The position numbers and the translations under genes were made by a program. The notes below the pieces were generated by a model, which saw only the letters and a program-made list of their open reading frames with translations, was not told where the DNA came from and made no database searches. A stretch of 64,000 nucleotides of DNA from Candidatus Dojkabacteria bacterium (GTDB lineage: Bacteria; Patescibacteriota; Dojkabacteria; J137). The DNA lies in assembly GCA_041750555.1 (NCBI GenBank), contig JBGSZB010000011.1, positions 588 through 64,587 of the forward strand, given 5' to 3'. The first letter of the stretch is position 1. Each line of letters opens with the position of its first letter. Positions 48,768-59,640 of the stretch are shown piece by piece.

Positions 48768-50009
48768 TTAAACAATATCTTTTAATTCAACTATCTTAAA
48801 TTCTTTAGAATCTCTTCTTTTTAATTCAATACCACCCTTTTCAATTGATCTAACACTTACAACTAACCTTATTGGTAGTCCTATTAAATCACTATCATTT
48901 AATTTTTCTCCAATTGAAACATCTACTCTATCATCAAATAGAACTTCAATATTGTTATCACTTAAATATTTATATACCTCTTCAGCTTTAGCTGTAACAT
49001 TACTATCTTCAGGATTTAAATTTATTAAATGATATTTATATGGAGCTACACTTTCAGGCCAAATAATACCTTTATCATCTGAAAACTTTTCTACAATTAC
49101 ACCCATAACTCTAGTAATCCCTATTCCATATGATCCAAGAATTACTGGTTTAGAATTACCTTCATTATCAGTAAAGTATAAATCTAACTGTTCAGATTTA
49201 GTTGACCCAAAACTAAATATATTACCGACTTCTGCAGTTTTAACCTTTTCTAGTGTATCTCTATTTAATCCTAATTGATTAACTACTTCAGTAGTATATA
49301 CTTCTTCATTAATTGCAATTTGTTTCTCTCTATCTAAATAAACAATATCCTCTCCTGCATCTGTTATTGTTTGAAATTCATGACTAAATTGTGTAAATGC
49401 TCCACCTGATGCAAATGTAAAGAATGTATCATCTCCTAATCCTAATCTTTTAAAAGAATTTAAATATGCATCTTTAGTTTTGTTATAGAATTCTTCATGA
49501 GCTTCGTTACTCAAACTAAAAGAATACATATCATTCATTACAAACTCTCTACCTCTCATTATTCCACTTTTAGCTCTTAATTCATTTCTTAACTTAGTTT
49601 GGAATTGATAAACATATACAGGTAGATCTTTATAGCTTTTAATAAATGATCTCATCATGTCAGTTATTGGTTCTTCATGACTCCATCCAAAACCTACCTC
49701 TGTATCATTCTTTAATTTTGATTTAAACCATACATCTACATTTTCATCATTCCATCTATCTGTTTTCTCCCAAAGCTCTTTTCTTTGAAGAGATGTCATT
49801 ATAAATTCAAGACCACCAACTTTATTCATCTCTTCTCTTACAATTTGTTTAATTTTTTCAATTACTCTTAATCCTAATGGTAAATATGCATATACTCCTG
49901 CCATCTCTTTATTTACAAACCCTGCTTTAATTAACAATTGTGCATTCTTTGAAACCTCATCTGATGGAATATCTTTTCTAGTTTTTGAAAATAGTTTTGA
50001 ATATCTCAT
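48768..50009 (-). CDS. proS: Proline--tRNA ligase, short form without the INS editing domain
   Basis: LLIKAGF, LPLGLRV, RNELR...GIMRGREF.M.D.YSF, EVGNIF, GSYGIGITR. Confidence 0.95.
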   Translation of the reverse strand: MRYSKLFSKTRKDIPSDEVSKNAQLLIKAGFVNKEMAGVYAYLPLGLRVIEKIKQIVREEMNKVGGLEFIMTSLQRKELWEKTDRWNDENVDVWFKSKLKNDTEVGFGWSHEEPITDMMRSFIKSYKDLPVYVYQFQTKLRNELRAKSGIMRGREFVMNDMYSFSLSNEAHEEFYNKTKDAYLNSFKRLGLGDDTFFTFASGGAFTQFSHEFQTITDAGEDIVYLDREKQIAINEEVYTTEVVNQLGLNRDTLEKVKTAEVGNIFSFGSTKSEQLDLYFTDNEGNSKPVILGSYGIGITRVMGVIVEKFSDDKGIIWPESVAPYKYHLINLNPEDSNVTAKAEEVYKYLSDNNIEVLFDDRVDVSIGEKLNDSDLIGLPIRLVVSVRSIEKGGIELKRRDSKEFKIVELKDIV

Positions 50010-50066
50010 AAATTTATTTATTAATGTCTTGATTTTATAATGATTTAATAAATATATCTAGGAGAA

Positions 50067-51149
50067 TTATGCTTCTCTTCCCCTAGCATCACCATTGCGT
50101 GTTTTAAAGAAAGCTTGGAGAAATGGATCATCTGTCAATAAAGGATTTCCTATAGCAGAATATTCTCCTAAGTAATAAGTATCATCACCATAAGTATATA
50201 GAAAATAAAATGTATATAATCCATCTGAATTAATTCTATATCTTATGGTAAAACTATCTTTGCTGTCTCTTATATAATTTTCCAAAAGATAGCGACTTAG
50301 ATTAGGGAATTGATAAGCTGTTAAATCCATCATCCTTACTAAGAACTCTCTATATGTATCTTCATATCCTGGATTAGTTTCAATCTCGCCAGAATCATTG
50401 ACTAGAGCCCTAAAATCCTCAGCTTTTAAAATTCTACCCCTTGGATTATTAGTGTTGTATCTTTTTAAATAATACTGTGGATAAGACATCTGATCATAAA
50501 AAAACTTTACTTGGAGAATAACATTTAGTCCCTGATATTCATTAAACTCAGGTTGTTCAATTGTATAGTTAATCATAGTTCTCCTTTCTAGAAAGAAATA
50601 TACATTAATGTTATCGTTATTAAAGACTAACTGCATAAATTCTGTATATACATTCTTAACCTTGTCATAGATATAAAAACTTAATTTATGATTCATAATT
50701 CCCATTGATTCTGATACAAAATCAATAATTTTTACTTCACAATTCTCATTAAGGTGATCTCCCAATATTTCAATTATTTGGGGGTTACTTTTACTAATTA
50801 GATTTAAAAATCCCTGTGTATTCATTTGATCAAGGAATCTTGAGTTTAATGCCGTTCTCATAACTTCCTCTGTGATTCCAGATTGGACAACATTATCTAA
50901 CGGAGAACTAATTAGATTGCCTTCAGAGAAGTTAAGAATTGGGGTTGGAGTGGGGTTAAATACAGCATAAAACAAGCTTATTTCATTGTTAGTCAAAGGA
51001 TTATCAAAATCAATACCGCAGTTGCTTGGCTCAGATTGGTTAGTCTTTGCAACGTTATATAAACTACCACCTGCATTAGTAGTAATTCCAGAACCTCCAA
51101 TTAAACTGGCTACCATAACTCCTCTTGTTAATGCCTTTTTAAAGCCCAT
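50067..51149 (-). CDS. Hypothetical exported protein
   Basis: Signal-like N-terminus and a PTPTP linker; no recognised domain. Confidence 0.6.
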   Translation of the reverse strand: MGFKKALTRGVMVASLIGGSGITTNAGGSLYNVAKTNQSEPSNCGIDFDNPLTNNEISLFYAVFNPTPTPILNFSEGNLISSPLDNVVQSGITEEVMRTALNSRFLDQMNTQGFLNLISKSNPQIIEILGDHLNENCEVKIIDFVSESMGIMNHKLSFYIYDKVKNVYTEFMQLVFNNDNINVYFFLERRTMINYTIEQPEFNEYQGLNVILQVKFFYDQMSYPQYYLKRYNTNNPRGRILKAEDFRALVNDSGEIETNPGYEDTYREFLVRMMDLTAYQFPNLSRYLLENYIRDSKDSFTIRYRINSDGLYTFYFLYTYGDDTYYLGEYSAIGNPLLTDDPFLQAFFKTRNGDARGREA

Positions 51150-51254
51150 CTGTCACTAAAGATAACTAACAGATTATATCATTGATATATATAATCTCAC
51201 TATCTTTTAAACTTGTAGTAAAATGAACTTTGCAACTAACTATTAATTATATTT

Positions 51255-52517
51255 ATGAAGAATTTAACTTACTTTATAGTTGGAGGACATGGAGGACAAG
51301 CTTTTGTTAATTTATGGCTTAACGATAAATTTAATCATAACTTAGTATTTAATGTTGTAGATTGGGGAGGACATAGTGGGTTAATGGGAAGAATACTACT
51401 AGATGAGCATTTTAACTACTTACCTATTGGAGATTTAAGAAACAATTTAGCTATTATCTCAAGACTTAGATTCAATTCTAATGGTATTAATTTAGAGAAT
51501 TTATTACAAGAACAGGTTTCAAATTTAGATGAAATTGATTTAAAAATAAATGAGATATTTGCTCTACTTTCAGAGATAAATGATGAAAAAATAAATTTAG
51601 ATATCTCTAAAATATATAAGTTTACTGATATATATAGAAAAAGATATAAAAGAGCTGATAACAGAATTAAATATAAATTTGATGAAGGGAAAAGGGTAAA
51701 ACTAAAGCATAAGATCGGTAATATCTTTTTAACAGCTATAGCTTACTCAATAGATAGCGATAATGGGTTTAAACTACTTAACGATAAGCTACAAGAATTA
51801 AATTTATTACCAAATAATATAAATATTAGTTTTATTGAAGATAAAAGATATATCCAAAAAGTTGTTAAAACCAGATTTGGACAATTAGAAACATTAGCTG
51901 ATGGAGAAGACATGATAGATGAATTACAAATCCCTATAGATCTAGAAAGCTTTAGTATAATTGACCCACTAACTAATTTACCAATTGTTAGTAAAAACTC
52001 TGATATTGTTAAATTAATAGAAAATAGTGATTTAATATTAATACCCCCTGGAAGTGAATCTAACTCGTATCCATGGATATTCTTTTACGCTAGTGAGTTA
52101 AAAACTAAAGAGATAATTAGAATATCAAATATATGGGTAGAATCTAAATCATATGGAGTTGGACATGAAATAGCCTTACTTGATAAATACAAAATATATC
52201 CTAAATTCTTTATAGCTAAAATTGATGAAAAAGATAAAAAGAAATATTTAAAAGCTTTAGGAAGGTATGGATTAGAGAATAAAAAATTACAAAGTAGTAA
52301 TATAGAAGATATTAAAAATCAAATAACATTCTTTAATCCTAATTGTGATATTAATAAACTAGAGAACAATTTAAAGATAAATATGGATGTCTTATACTTT
52401 AATGGTCAATCAATTAAAAATAGATTACCTAGAGATGTAAGTGTTTTAGAACAAGGATTTAGACATGATAGAGAGCAAATTAATAATGTAATATCTACCC
52501 TTTATTCAAATAACTAA
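51255..52517 (+). CDS. YvcK/CofD-like (UPF0052) protein, divergent
   Basis: GGHGG, VVDWGGHSG, PIGDLRNNL, HKIGNIFL, SDLILIPPGS. Confidence 0.7.
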   Translation: MKNLTYFIVGGHGGQAFVNLWLNDKFNHNLVFNVVDWGGHSGLMGRILLDEHFNYLPIGDLRNNLAIISRLRFNSNGINLENLLQEQVSNLDEIDLKINEIFALLSEINDEKINLDISKIYKFTDIYRKRYKRADNRIKYKFDEGKRVKLKHKIGNIFLTAIAYSIDSDNGFKLLNDKLQELNLLPNNINISFIEDKRYIQKVVKTRFGQLETLADGEDMIDELQIPIDLESFSIIDPLTNLPIVSKNSDIVKLIENSDLILIPPGSESNSYPWIFFYASELKTKEIIRISNIWVESKSYGVGHEIALLDKYKIYPKFFIAKIDEKDKKKYLKALGRYGLENKKLQSSNIEDIKNQITFFNPNCDINKLENNLKINMDVLYFNGQSIKNRLPRDVSVLEQGFRHDREQINNVISTLYSNN

Positions 52518-52521
52518 ACAT

Positions 52522-53502
52522 ATGGTAGATATTAGTAAAAAAATTAAAAGAGATAACTATACAAAAGATCATTCTGAGGGACTTTTTCATGAAATAGCAA
52601 TTACAGTTATAGGAATATTAATAGATTTAACACCTATAATTCTTATATCATTCTCTATCTCACTTTTAAGTTTAAATATTATTACACTTAATACTTTTGT
52701 AATTTTAATAATCCCTTTAATACTTTTAACCCTCTACTTTGTTTACTTAATCTTTATTAAATTCTATAAATTTAAAATTAATGAATTTAAGCTAAAAGAT
52801 AAAAGAATTAATGAGAATACAACTATAGTATTTATTTCAGACTTACATACAGGAAATGGTTTTTATGAAACTAATAAATTTAGATTAAAAAGAATTATCA
52901 ATATATTAAATACACTAAATTACGATCTTTTAATAATTGGAGGAGATATTTTTAATTTTAAACCCGATATTAACTTAATAACACAATTAAAAGATATTAA
53001 GGGTAGTAAACTCACTGTATTAGGTAATCATGATCATAAATTTAAATTTCATAATATAAAATTAAATGGATTTAAAAGTGTTGATAAATTAATTAATGAA
53101 GTTATTCCTGTATTACATAACGAAGGTAAATATTTAAATAATATACATATAATAGGTATTGATGATATGTGGGAGAGGGATTTTAATATAAAAGAAATTA
53201 ATAAAAAATTAATTGAGAAAGACTTTAATATTTTAATTTCACATAACCCAGATATTATTGACCATATACAGTTAGAGAGTCCAATTGATTTAATATTATC
53301 AGGGCATTTACATTCAGGACAGATTAATATTAATAAATTAAGCCTACCAATGCCTACACGTTATCAATGGTTAAGAAGAGGGTTATACAAGGTTGGTAAT
53401 AGAACTAAGTTACTACTAAGTCAGGGTATTGGTGTTAGTAGAAGTAGATTAAGAATCAATACAGATAATGAAATTTGTGTTATTAGGTTAATTAAAGGTT
53501 AA
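52522..53502 (+). CDS. Membrane-anchored metallophosphoesterase (YkuE-like)
   Basis: SDLH, GGD, LGNHD, SHNPD, SGHLHSGQ. Confidence 0.9.
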   Translation: MVDISKKIKRDNYTKDHSEGLFHEIAITVIGILIDLTPIILISFSISLLSLNIITLNTFVILIIPLILLTLYFVYLIFIKFYKFKINEFKLKDKRINENTTIVFISDLHTGNGFYETNKFRLKRIINILNTLNYDLLIIGGDIFNFKPDINLITQLKDIKGSKLTVLGNHDHKFKFHNIKLNGFKSVDKLINEVIPVLHNEGKYLNNIHIIGIDDMWERDFNIKEINKKLIEKDFNILISHNPDIIDHIQLESPIDLILSGHLHSGQININKLSLPMPTRYQWLRRGLYKVGNRTKLLLSQGIGVSRSRLRINTDNEICVIRLIKG

Positions 53503-53858
53503 GATTCTTCTTGAAAATTTTGTATACTCAAGCCTAAAAGCTTATGACCTACTATGTGTGTAGTTACTTCCTCACCATTTTCATTTATATGATTTACTAT
53601 AAATCCACTTTGAATAGGCTTAATTGATCTTACATTATTTATCTCTCCTGTCTTAGCAATATTAAAATAATATGATAAAGAAATGGTATCTTCAAAAACT
53701 ACCTCTTGATTAATCTCCCATCCATTTTTATTGCAAATACCTATTACATTATTAGTTACAGTTGTATCATAATCTTCGGTATCAATTTCAATGATATCTC
53801 CTCCTGATGTAATGTTAGATATTTCTAACTTAAGATCTGCTAATCTATTATTGCTCAT
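53499..53858 (-). CDS. Hypothetical protein
   Basis: 119-aa ORF with an upstream TATAAT; ends QEES. Confidence 0.6.
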   Translation of the reverse strand: MSNNRLADLKLEISNITSGGDIIEIDTEDYDTTVTNNVIGICNKNGWEINQEVVFEDTISLSYYFNIAKTGEINNVRSIKPIQSGFIVNHINENGEEVTTHIVGHKLLGLSIQNFQEES

Positions 53859-53926
53859 AAAGAATATTTAATTATTTGATTATACCCCCATAACCCTAAT
53901 TACGTATATTAATGTTAAAATCCAGT

Positions 53927-55048
53927 ATGAAGAAGATATTAAATTTACAAAACCCTGTAATTGGATTATCCCCTATGGATGGAGTAAGTGATTTTAGTTT
54001 TAGAGAGATAACTAAAAAATATGGTAATCCAGATATTATCTACACAGAATTTGTAAATGTAATGGGGTTATGTATAGCAGGATTTAACACATTAAAAGAA
54101 TTAGACTTTAGTGAAAATCAAAGACCAATAATTGCACAAATATATGGTAATAACCCTGAATACTTTTATCACGCAGCTAAAGTAATAGTTGCATTAGGAT
54201 TTGATGGAGTAGATATAAATATGGGGTGTCCTGCAAAAACTGTAACACAAAGTGGAAGTGGAGCTGCATTAATTAAAAACCCAACACTCGCTATTGAAAT
54301 AATAGATGCTGTAAAAAAGGGAGTAAGAGACTTTGTTGATAATGGAGAATTAAGTGGATTAAGTAGTAAAACATTAAAAGCAGTAAATTTAAAAATTAAA
54401 AGCAATTTTAAACAACTTGAGAAATTAAAAATTAGTGATACTAAGTTAAGTAGTGGACAATTAAATATCTATGCAGGAGAAGATGGTTCTAAATTTCAAA
54501 GAGTTTTAATACCTGTGTCTGTAAAAACTAGAATTGGATATGATAAGCCTGTAACTGAAGATTGGATATCAACACTTGATAGTGCTAATCCAGATTGGAT
54601 AGCAGTACATGGTAGAACATTAAAACAGATGTATAGTGGGACTTCTGATAGAAATGAATTAATTAAAGCAGTTAATTCAACATCAAAAGCTGTATTAATT
54701 AATGGTGATATTAAAAACTATACTGACGCATTAAATGTTATTAAAGAAACTAACGCTTATGGAGTTTTAATTGGAAGAGCGTCCCTAGGTAATCCATGGA
54801 TATTTAATAGGGAATACAATGAGGATTTAGTTACATTTGAAGAGAGAGTAAAAGTTATGATTGAACACACTAAACTATTTGTTAAACATAACCCAGATGA
54901 AAGAGCTTTCTTTCAAATGAGAAAACACTTTGGTTGGTATATGAAAGGATTTGATGGTGCTAAAGAATTAAGAGAAAAACTATTTAGATGTAGTAGTTTA
55001 GAAGAGGTTAAAACCATTGTTAATGATTTTAAAAATATTGATATTTAA
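53927..55048 (+). CDS. dus: tRNA-dihydrouridine synthase
   Basis: LSPMDGVSD, DINMGCPA, VSVKTRIG, VHGRT, NGDI, IGRA.LGNPW. ATG at 53927 preferred over 53912. Confidence 0.92.
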   Translation: MKKILNLQNPVIGLSPMDGVSDFSFREITKKYGNPDIIYTEFVNVMGLCIAGFNTLKELDFSENQRPIIAQIYGNNPEYFYHAAKVIVALGFDGVDINMGCPAKTVTQSGSGAALIKNPTLAIEIIDAVKKGVRDFVDNGELSGLSSKTLKAVNLKIKSNFKQLEKLKISDTKLSSGQLNIYAGEDGSKFQRVLIPVSVKTRIGYDKPVTEDWISTLDSANPDWIAVHGRTLKQMYSGTSDRNELIKAVNSTSKAVLINGDIKNYTDALNVIKETNAYGVLIGRASLGNPWIFNREYNEDLVTFEERVKVMIEHTKLFVKHNPDERAFFQMRKHFGWYMKGFDGAKELREKLFRCSSLEEVKTIVNDFKNIDI

Positions 55049-56400
55049 CCAACACTACCCTTCATACTCATTTTAATTAAATCATTCATTTCCATTGCAT
55101 ATTCTAGAGGTAATTCTTTAGTAATTGGTTCAATAAAGCCTGAAACTATTAACCCATTAGCTTCTTCCTCATTTAAACCTCTAGATAATAGATAGTGTAA
55201 TTGTTTTTGTGATACTCTACTCACTGAAGCTTCATGTTCAATTTTAGAAAATTTTTCATAAACTTCATTGTATGGATAAGTATCTGTTTGAGAAATATTA
55301 TCTAATATTAGTGCATCACAAGAGATTTTAGCTCTAGCATATTTAGCATTCTTTGTAACTTTAACTAATCCCCTGTAACTCGTTCTACCACCATTTTTAC
55401 ATATAGATTTTGTTTTAATAATGCCACTAGTATTTTTCCCTATATGTATTAATTTCCCACCACTATCTAAATGTTGATTTTTATCAGCTAACGACATAGA
55501 TAATATTTCTCCTTTTGAATTATTACCCACTAATACAACACTTGGATACTTCATTGTAGATTTAGATCCAATATTACAATCAATCCATTCTATCTTTGCA
55601 TTATCGTAAGCTAAACCTCTTTGTGTTACCAAGTTATATACATTTCTACTCCAATTTTGAACTGTAGTATATCTAATACTACTGTTTTTTAATGCAATTA
55701 ACTCTATTACTCCAGAATGAAGTATACTTTTAGAATATATTGGAGAACTACACCCTTCAATGTAACTAACACTGCTTCCCTCTTCAGTAATAATTAATGT
55801 TCTTTCAAATTGTCCTAAAGCTTTAGTTTTAATATAGAAGTATGCTTGTAATGGAATATCTAATTTAACGTTTTTAGGTATATATACAAAACTTCCTCCA
55901 CTCCAAAATGCTGTATTTAATGCAGCATATTTATTATCACTAAAGGGTATACTTTTACCAAAATATTTTTTAAATATTTCAGGATAAAGTTTTAATCCAC
56001 TATCAGTATCAGTAAAAATTACACCTCTACTCTCCCATTTTTCTTTAATTTTTCCATATACAACATTTGAATCAAATTGAGTTTCTACACCTGCTAAAAA
56101 CTTTCTTTCAGCTTCAGGTATTTTTAATTCTTCAAATGTCTTTTTAATATCATCTGGTACTTCATCCCAATTATTCTTTTTTAAATCTTCTGGTAATACA
56201 AAGTACTCTATTTCATTTTCATTTAATCCTGATAAATCCACTCCCCAGTTAGGGACACTTCGAGAGAAGTAGTGATCTAATGCTTTTAAACGTAAATCCA
56301 ACATCCATTCAGGTTCTTCTTTGTATACCGATATGGCAGTAACAGTTTCTATATTTAATTTAGGGTTTTTTAATATCCTTATGGCTTCAGTTTTAGTCAT
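55045..56400 (-). CDS. sufB: Fe-S cluster assembly protein SufB
   Basis: EPEWML..RL, WSGGSF, GQFERTLI, YIEGCS, TMKYPS, CDAL, HEA, ELPLEYA.E. Confidence 0.95.
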   Translation of the reverse strand: MTKTEAIRILKNPKLNIETVTAISVYKEEPEWMLDLRLKALDHYFSRSVPNWGVDLSGLNENEIEYFVLPEDLKKNNWDEVPDDIKKTFEELKIPEAERKFLAGVETQFDSNVVYGKIKEKWESRGVIFTDTDSGLKLYPEIFKKYFGKSIPFSDNKYAALNTAFWSGGSFVYIPKNVKLDIPLQAYFYIKTKALGQFERTLIITEEGSSVSYIEGCSSPIYSKSILHSGVIELIALKNSSIRYTTVQNWSRNVYNLVTQRGLAYDNAKIEWIDCNIGSKSTMKYPSVVLVGNNSKGEILSMSLADKNQHLDSGGKLIHIGKNTSGIIKTKSICKNGGRTSYRGLVKVTKNAKYARAKISCDALILDNISQTDTYPYNEVYEKFSKIEHEASVSRVSQKQLHYLLSRGLNEEEANGLIVSGFIEPITKELPLEYAMEMNDLIKMSMKGSVG

Positions 56401-56493
56401 AAGGTAATTTTAACATCTTCGTCAGCAGATACTTAACTCTCAACAAAAGTATACATACTGTATAGACTATATAAGTACAAAGGAAAAAACTCT

Positions 56494-56555
56494 AAAAAGA
56501 AAAAGCTAGGATAATCTTATAACACTTAGTTACAAGGTACCTAGCTATCGTGATT
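56494..56555 (-). ncRNA. Candidate small hairpin RNA or attenuator upstream of sufB
   Basis: Extended -10 TGGTATAAT (56570-62), then hairpin AGCTAGG..CTTGTAAC-TAAGT-GTTATAAG..CCTAGCT (56546-56504), then a U-rich tail. Confidence 0.4.
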
Positions 56556-56593
56556 AAAATAATTATACCATATCTTTTTTATTGATTAGTAAT

Positions 56594-57631
56594 TTAATCA
56601 AAATCACTTGGTAATTCTGTAGTAAATGTTTTAATGGAATTATCTAAAAGTTTTAATTTAATAGATTTAGCATGTAACATCATTCTTTTAAAAGTAGATT
56701 CAGAATAAATAATGTCCCCTAATATTGGGAATCCAGATTCTGATAAATGAACTCTAATTTGATGAGTTCTACCAGTTTTAGGTTCAACCCTTAAAAGAGA
56801 GAACTTAGTATTTTTATATATTCTATTTAACCTTTCGTATTCCCAATATCTAACAAAAGAAACATTAGTAATAGAGATATCTCCCTTTTGATCATTAGTA
56901 CTTACATATTTTCTTTTTAATGAATCTCCCATTCTTTTAATATATGAAATTATTTCAATAGAATCTTTATGCTTTTTATTTAAATACTCCTTAAAGTCTC
57001 CAATAACTACTGCATAGTATATTTTACTAATTTCTCTTTTAACAAATTGACTACTTAATGCTTCATGAGCTTTTAAATTTTTAGAAAATACTATTACTCC
57101 TGAAGTTTCTTTATCTAATCTATGTACTGCTCTAATTTTTACATTCTCTCGTTTTTTAGAGAAGTAATATGCTAATCCATTAATTAATGTATCATCCATA
57201 TGTTTATACACAGGATGAACAACTACTCCAGCCTTTTTATCAATAACTATTATGTCATTATCCTCATATATTATTCTTAGAGGTAACTTAGTTGCTTTAA
57301 TAGTTTTTAAATCTAAGTCATCTATATCGAAGTTAGTATTAGGAAAAGCTTTAAAATTATTCTTAACATCTTTATTACTAGCAAGTTTAGATCTATTACT
57401 GTCATTATTGGAATTAAGAGTAGATGTATTAGCATTATCTTGCTTTAACAGTATTTCAATAACATCTCCATTTCTAACCCTATAGTTAGATAACTTAATT
57501 TCATTATTTACTAAAACTCTTTGGTTAATTACAATCTTTTTAGCACTTGATCTGGTTAATGTGGGATTAATTGTAAGGATGTATAAATCTAATCTTGTAG
57601 GTATTTCTAAATTTTCAACTTTGTATTTCAT
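56594..57631 (-). CDS. rluD: RluA/RluD family pseudouridine synthase with S4 domain
   Basis: RLDLYI S4 domain, VHRLDKETSG, TGRTHQIRVH, PILGD..Y. Confidence 0.88.
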   Translation of the reverse strand: MKYKVENLEIPTRLDLYILTINPTLTRSSAKKIVINQRVLVNNEIKLSNYRVRNGDVIEILLKQDNANTSTLNSNNDSNRSKLASNKDVKNNFKAFPNTNFDIDDLDLKTIKATKLPLRIIYEDNDIIVIDKKAGVVVHPVYKHMDDTLINGLAYYFSKKRENVKIRAVHRLDKETSGVIVFSKNLKAHEALSSQFVKREISKIYYAVVIGDFKEYLNKKHKDSIEIISYIKRMGDSLKRKYVSTNDQKGDISITNVSFVRYWEYERLNRIYKNTKFSLLRVEPKTGRTHQIRVHLSESGFPILGDIIYSESTFKRMMLHAKSIKLKLLDNSIKTFTTELPSDFD

Positions 57632-57680
57632 TTAATAAAGTAGTATATAATTAAGTGTATTTTAACTTATTAAAACGCTT

Positions 57681-58439
57681 ATGAACATTATTATCTCAGG
57701 TTGGCCTGGGGCTGGTAGTTCAACACTATCTATGATTTTATCTAATAAATTAAATTATAGGTTACTTAGAGGTAGTGAGTCTTTTAGATATTTAGGAGAA
57801 AAATTAGGTTACTCTGATTTAGGAAAAGATAGAGTTTTAGTAGATACAATGTTAGAAAACTATTGGGGAGCTATTTATGATAAATATATAGATTATTGTA
57901 TTTTAAATAGAGATAATTTAGTAATAGAGAGTGATATAGGGGCTTTTAGAGTAGATATGGGAAAAACTCACATATCAATATTCTTAGCTCCATCAATTGA
58001 AGAGAGAAAGGATAGGTTAATTAATGATGGAAGAGAAAAGGATGTAGAAGAGTTAATTAATAGAGAAAAACAATTACAACAAAGTTATTTAAAACTACAT
58101 AATATTGATTGGTTAGATTTAAATGAAGTTAAAAAACATTACGATATTATTATTACAAATTCTAAGACCTCAATCTCTCAAGAATTAGATTTAGTCTATG
58201 AACTATTGTTTAAAAAGAATTCTATAACACCTGATCAATACAAGATCTTTATGGATAATTCTAAATTAGATGAAGAAAGTTATTGGAGTAATGGTAAAAA
58301 GTATTATTTAAGCCTTATTGAAAAGAATAATTTACTCACAACTGGAGCTGAAGTATTAAAAGAATGTATTGAATTATTCCCTTTAGAGATAAGTCATATG
58401 CCGAGGCAATTACGATCAATTATTGAAGATGTTACTTAA
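57681..58439 (+). CDS. Cytidylate kinase-like protein (archaeal-type Cmk fold)
   Basis: IIISGWPGAGSST P-loop, FRYL, LVIES, IFL....EER..R, YDIII. Confidence 0.7.
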   Translation: MNIIISGWPGAGSSTLSMILSNKLNYRLLRGSESFRYLGEKLGYSDLGKDRVLVDTMLENYWGAIYDKYIDYCILNRDNLVIESDIGAFRVDMGKTHISIFLAPSIEERKDRLINDGREKDVEELINREKQLQQSYLKLHNIDWLDLNEVKKHYDIIITNSKTSISQELDLVYELLFKKNSITPDQYKIFMDNSKLDEESYWSNGKKYYLSLIEKNNLLTTGAEVLKECIELFPLEISHMPRQLRSIIEDVT

Positions 58440-58473
58440 AGGTGATAATATATCTCCACTAATCAATTTCTAA

Positions 58474-58929
58474 ATGAAAAAGAAAAAAAAGAGTAAGATT
58501 TCTAAAATATTACTTCCAGTGTTTCTTCTTTTCATATTACTTTTCTCCCTTTTATTCATTAAAGCTATTAGAATTGATGTTAATTCAGAAGTTGAGTTAG
58601 AAGATATTAATGATAACTTTGTTAATTTAGAGAGTTATAAGTTACTGGATTTAGAGCAATTAGGAGAAGGTAAAAACGTTATACTCTTTAGTGCTAATTG
58701 GTGTGGATCATGTTTAAATATTAAAGCTACTCTTAATAAATTATCAAGTGAATATCTTGATACTAGATTCTTTATCCTAAATTTAGATTCTAATAGAGAT
58801 ATAGCGGGTAATTATGGGATTGGTGTTGTACCTGCCCTTATTACTAAATATGGTAAGGATGTAGAGATATTTAATGAAGTTAGACCTGAACAAATTGAAG
58901 AGATTGTTTTAAACTTTAGTTACTTATAA
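58474..58929 (+). CDS. Membrane-anchored thioredoxin
   Basis: FSANWCGSC, YGIGVVP; N-terminal TM. Confidence 0.88.
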   Translation: MKKKKKSKISKILLPVFLLFILLFSLLFIKAIRIDVNSEVELEDINDNFVNLESYKLLDLEQLGEGKNVILFSANWCGSCLNIKATLNKLSSEYLDTRFFILNLDSNRDIAGNYGIGVVPALITKYGKDVEIFNEVRPEQIEEIVLNFSYL

Positions 58930-58988
58930 ATTATTTCCTAACCCTAAGTTTTTAATTTTAATATAATGTTTAATAACTATATTAAAAT

Positions 58989-59636
58989 ATGTATCTAATT
59001 TTACTAATTTCAATCCTATTAATATTTATCCAATTAACTATTGCCCTTTATGCATGGAGTTTAAAACCCTCTATTGTTAGGAAATATAAAAATATCATAA
59101 GTAGTCAATTAGATCCCTCCCTTGTATTAGAGAAATATAGTAAGAAATTTAAAAATATAACAATTAGAGTTAATAACGCTCTTGATGATGTAGCTTTTAG
59201 TGAAAAGGGTTATGTAATGTTTAGACAGAAATCGTTGTATAAAAAGGATTTATATACTAACTTTATGTCACTTTATTATCTATATTTATCTCAGAATAGA
59301 TACTATAGGTTATCTAAAATTAATTATTTACCTAATTTATTATTTCCACTTCAAATTATTACTCTTATTGCGGGATTAGTTACAACTTTTGAATTAATTA
59401 ATCCATTTATTATCTTAACCTTTGTTATTCAGATATTTTTATTACTTTTATCTTTAGTTAATTTTTATACTTTAAATAGCTTTTTAAATAAGTTACATAA
59501 AGATGCAACTAAGATATTAGAGTTAGATGATTTAGAAGAGGAACGAGCTAAGTCGTTAAAAAGTGATTTGAGTTATAGAGTATTTGAATACCCCTACGAA
59601 ATTATTTGGAGAGTAATACAGTTTATTAAGCCTTAA
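58989..59636 (+). CDS. Hypothetical membrane protein
   Basis: 215 aa with three hydrophobic segments. Confidence 0.65.
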   Translation: MYLILLISILLIFIQLTIALYAWSLKPSIVRKYKNIISSQLDPSLVLEKYSKKFKNITIRVNNALDDVAFSEKGYVMFRQKSLYKKDLYTNFMSLYYLYLSQNRYYRLSKINYLPNLLFPLQIITLIAGLVTTFELINPFIILTFVIQIFLLLLSLVNFYTLNSFLNKLHKDATKILELDDLEEERAKSLKSDLSYRVFEYPYEIIWRVIQFIKP

Positions 59637-59640
59637 ATTT

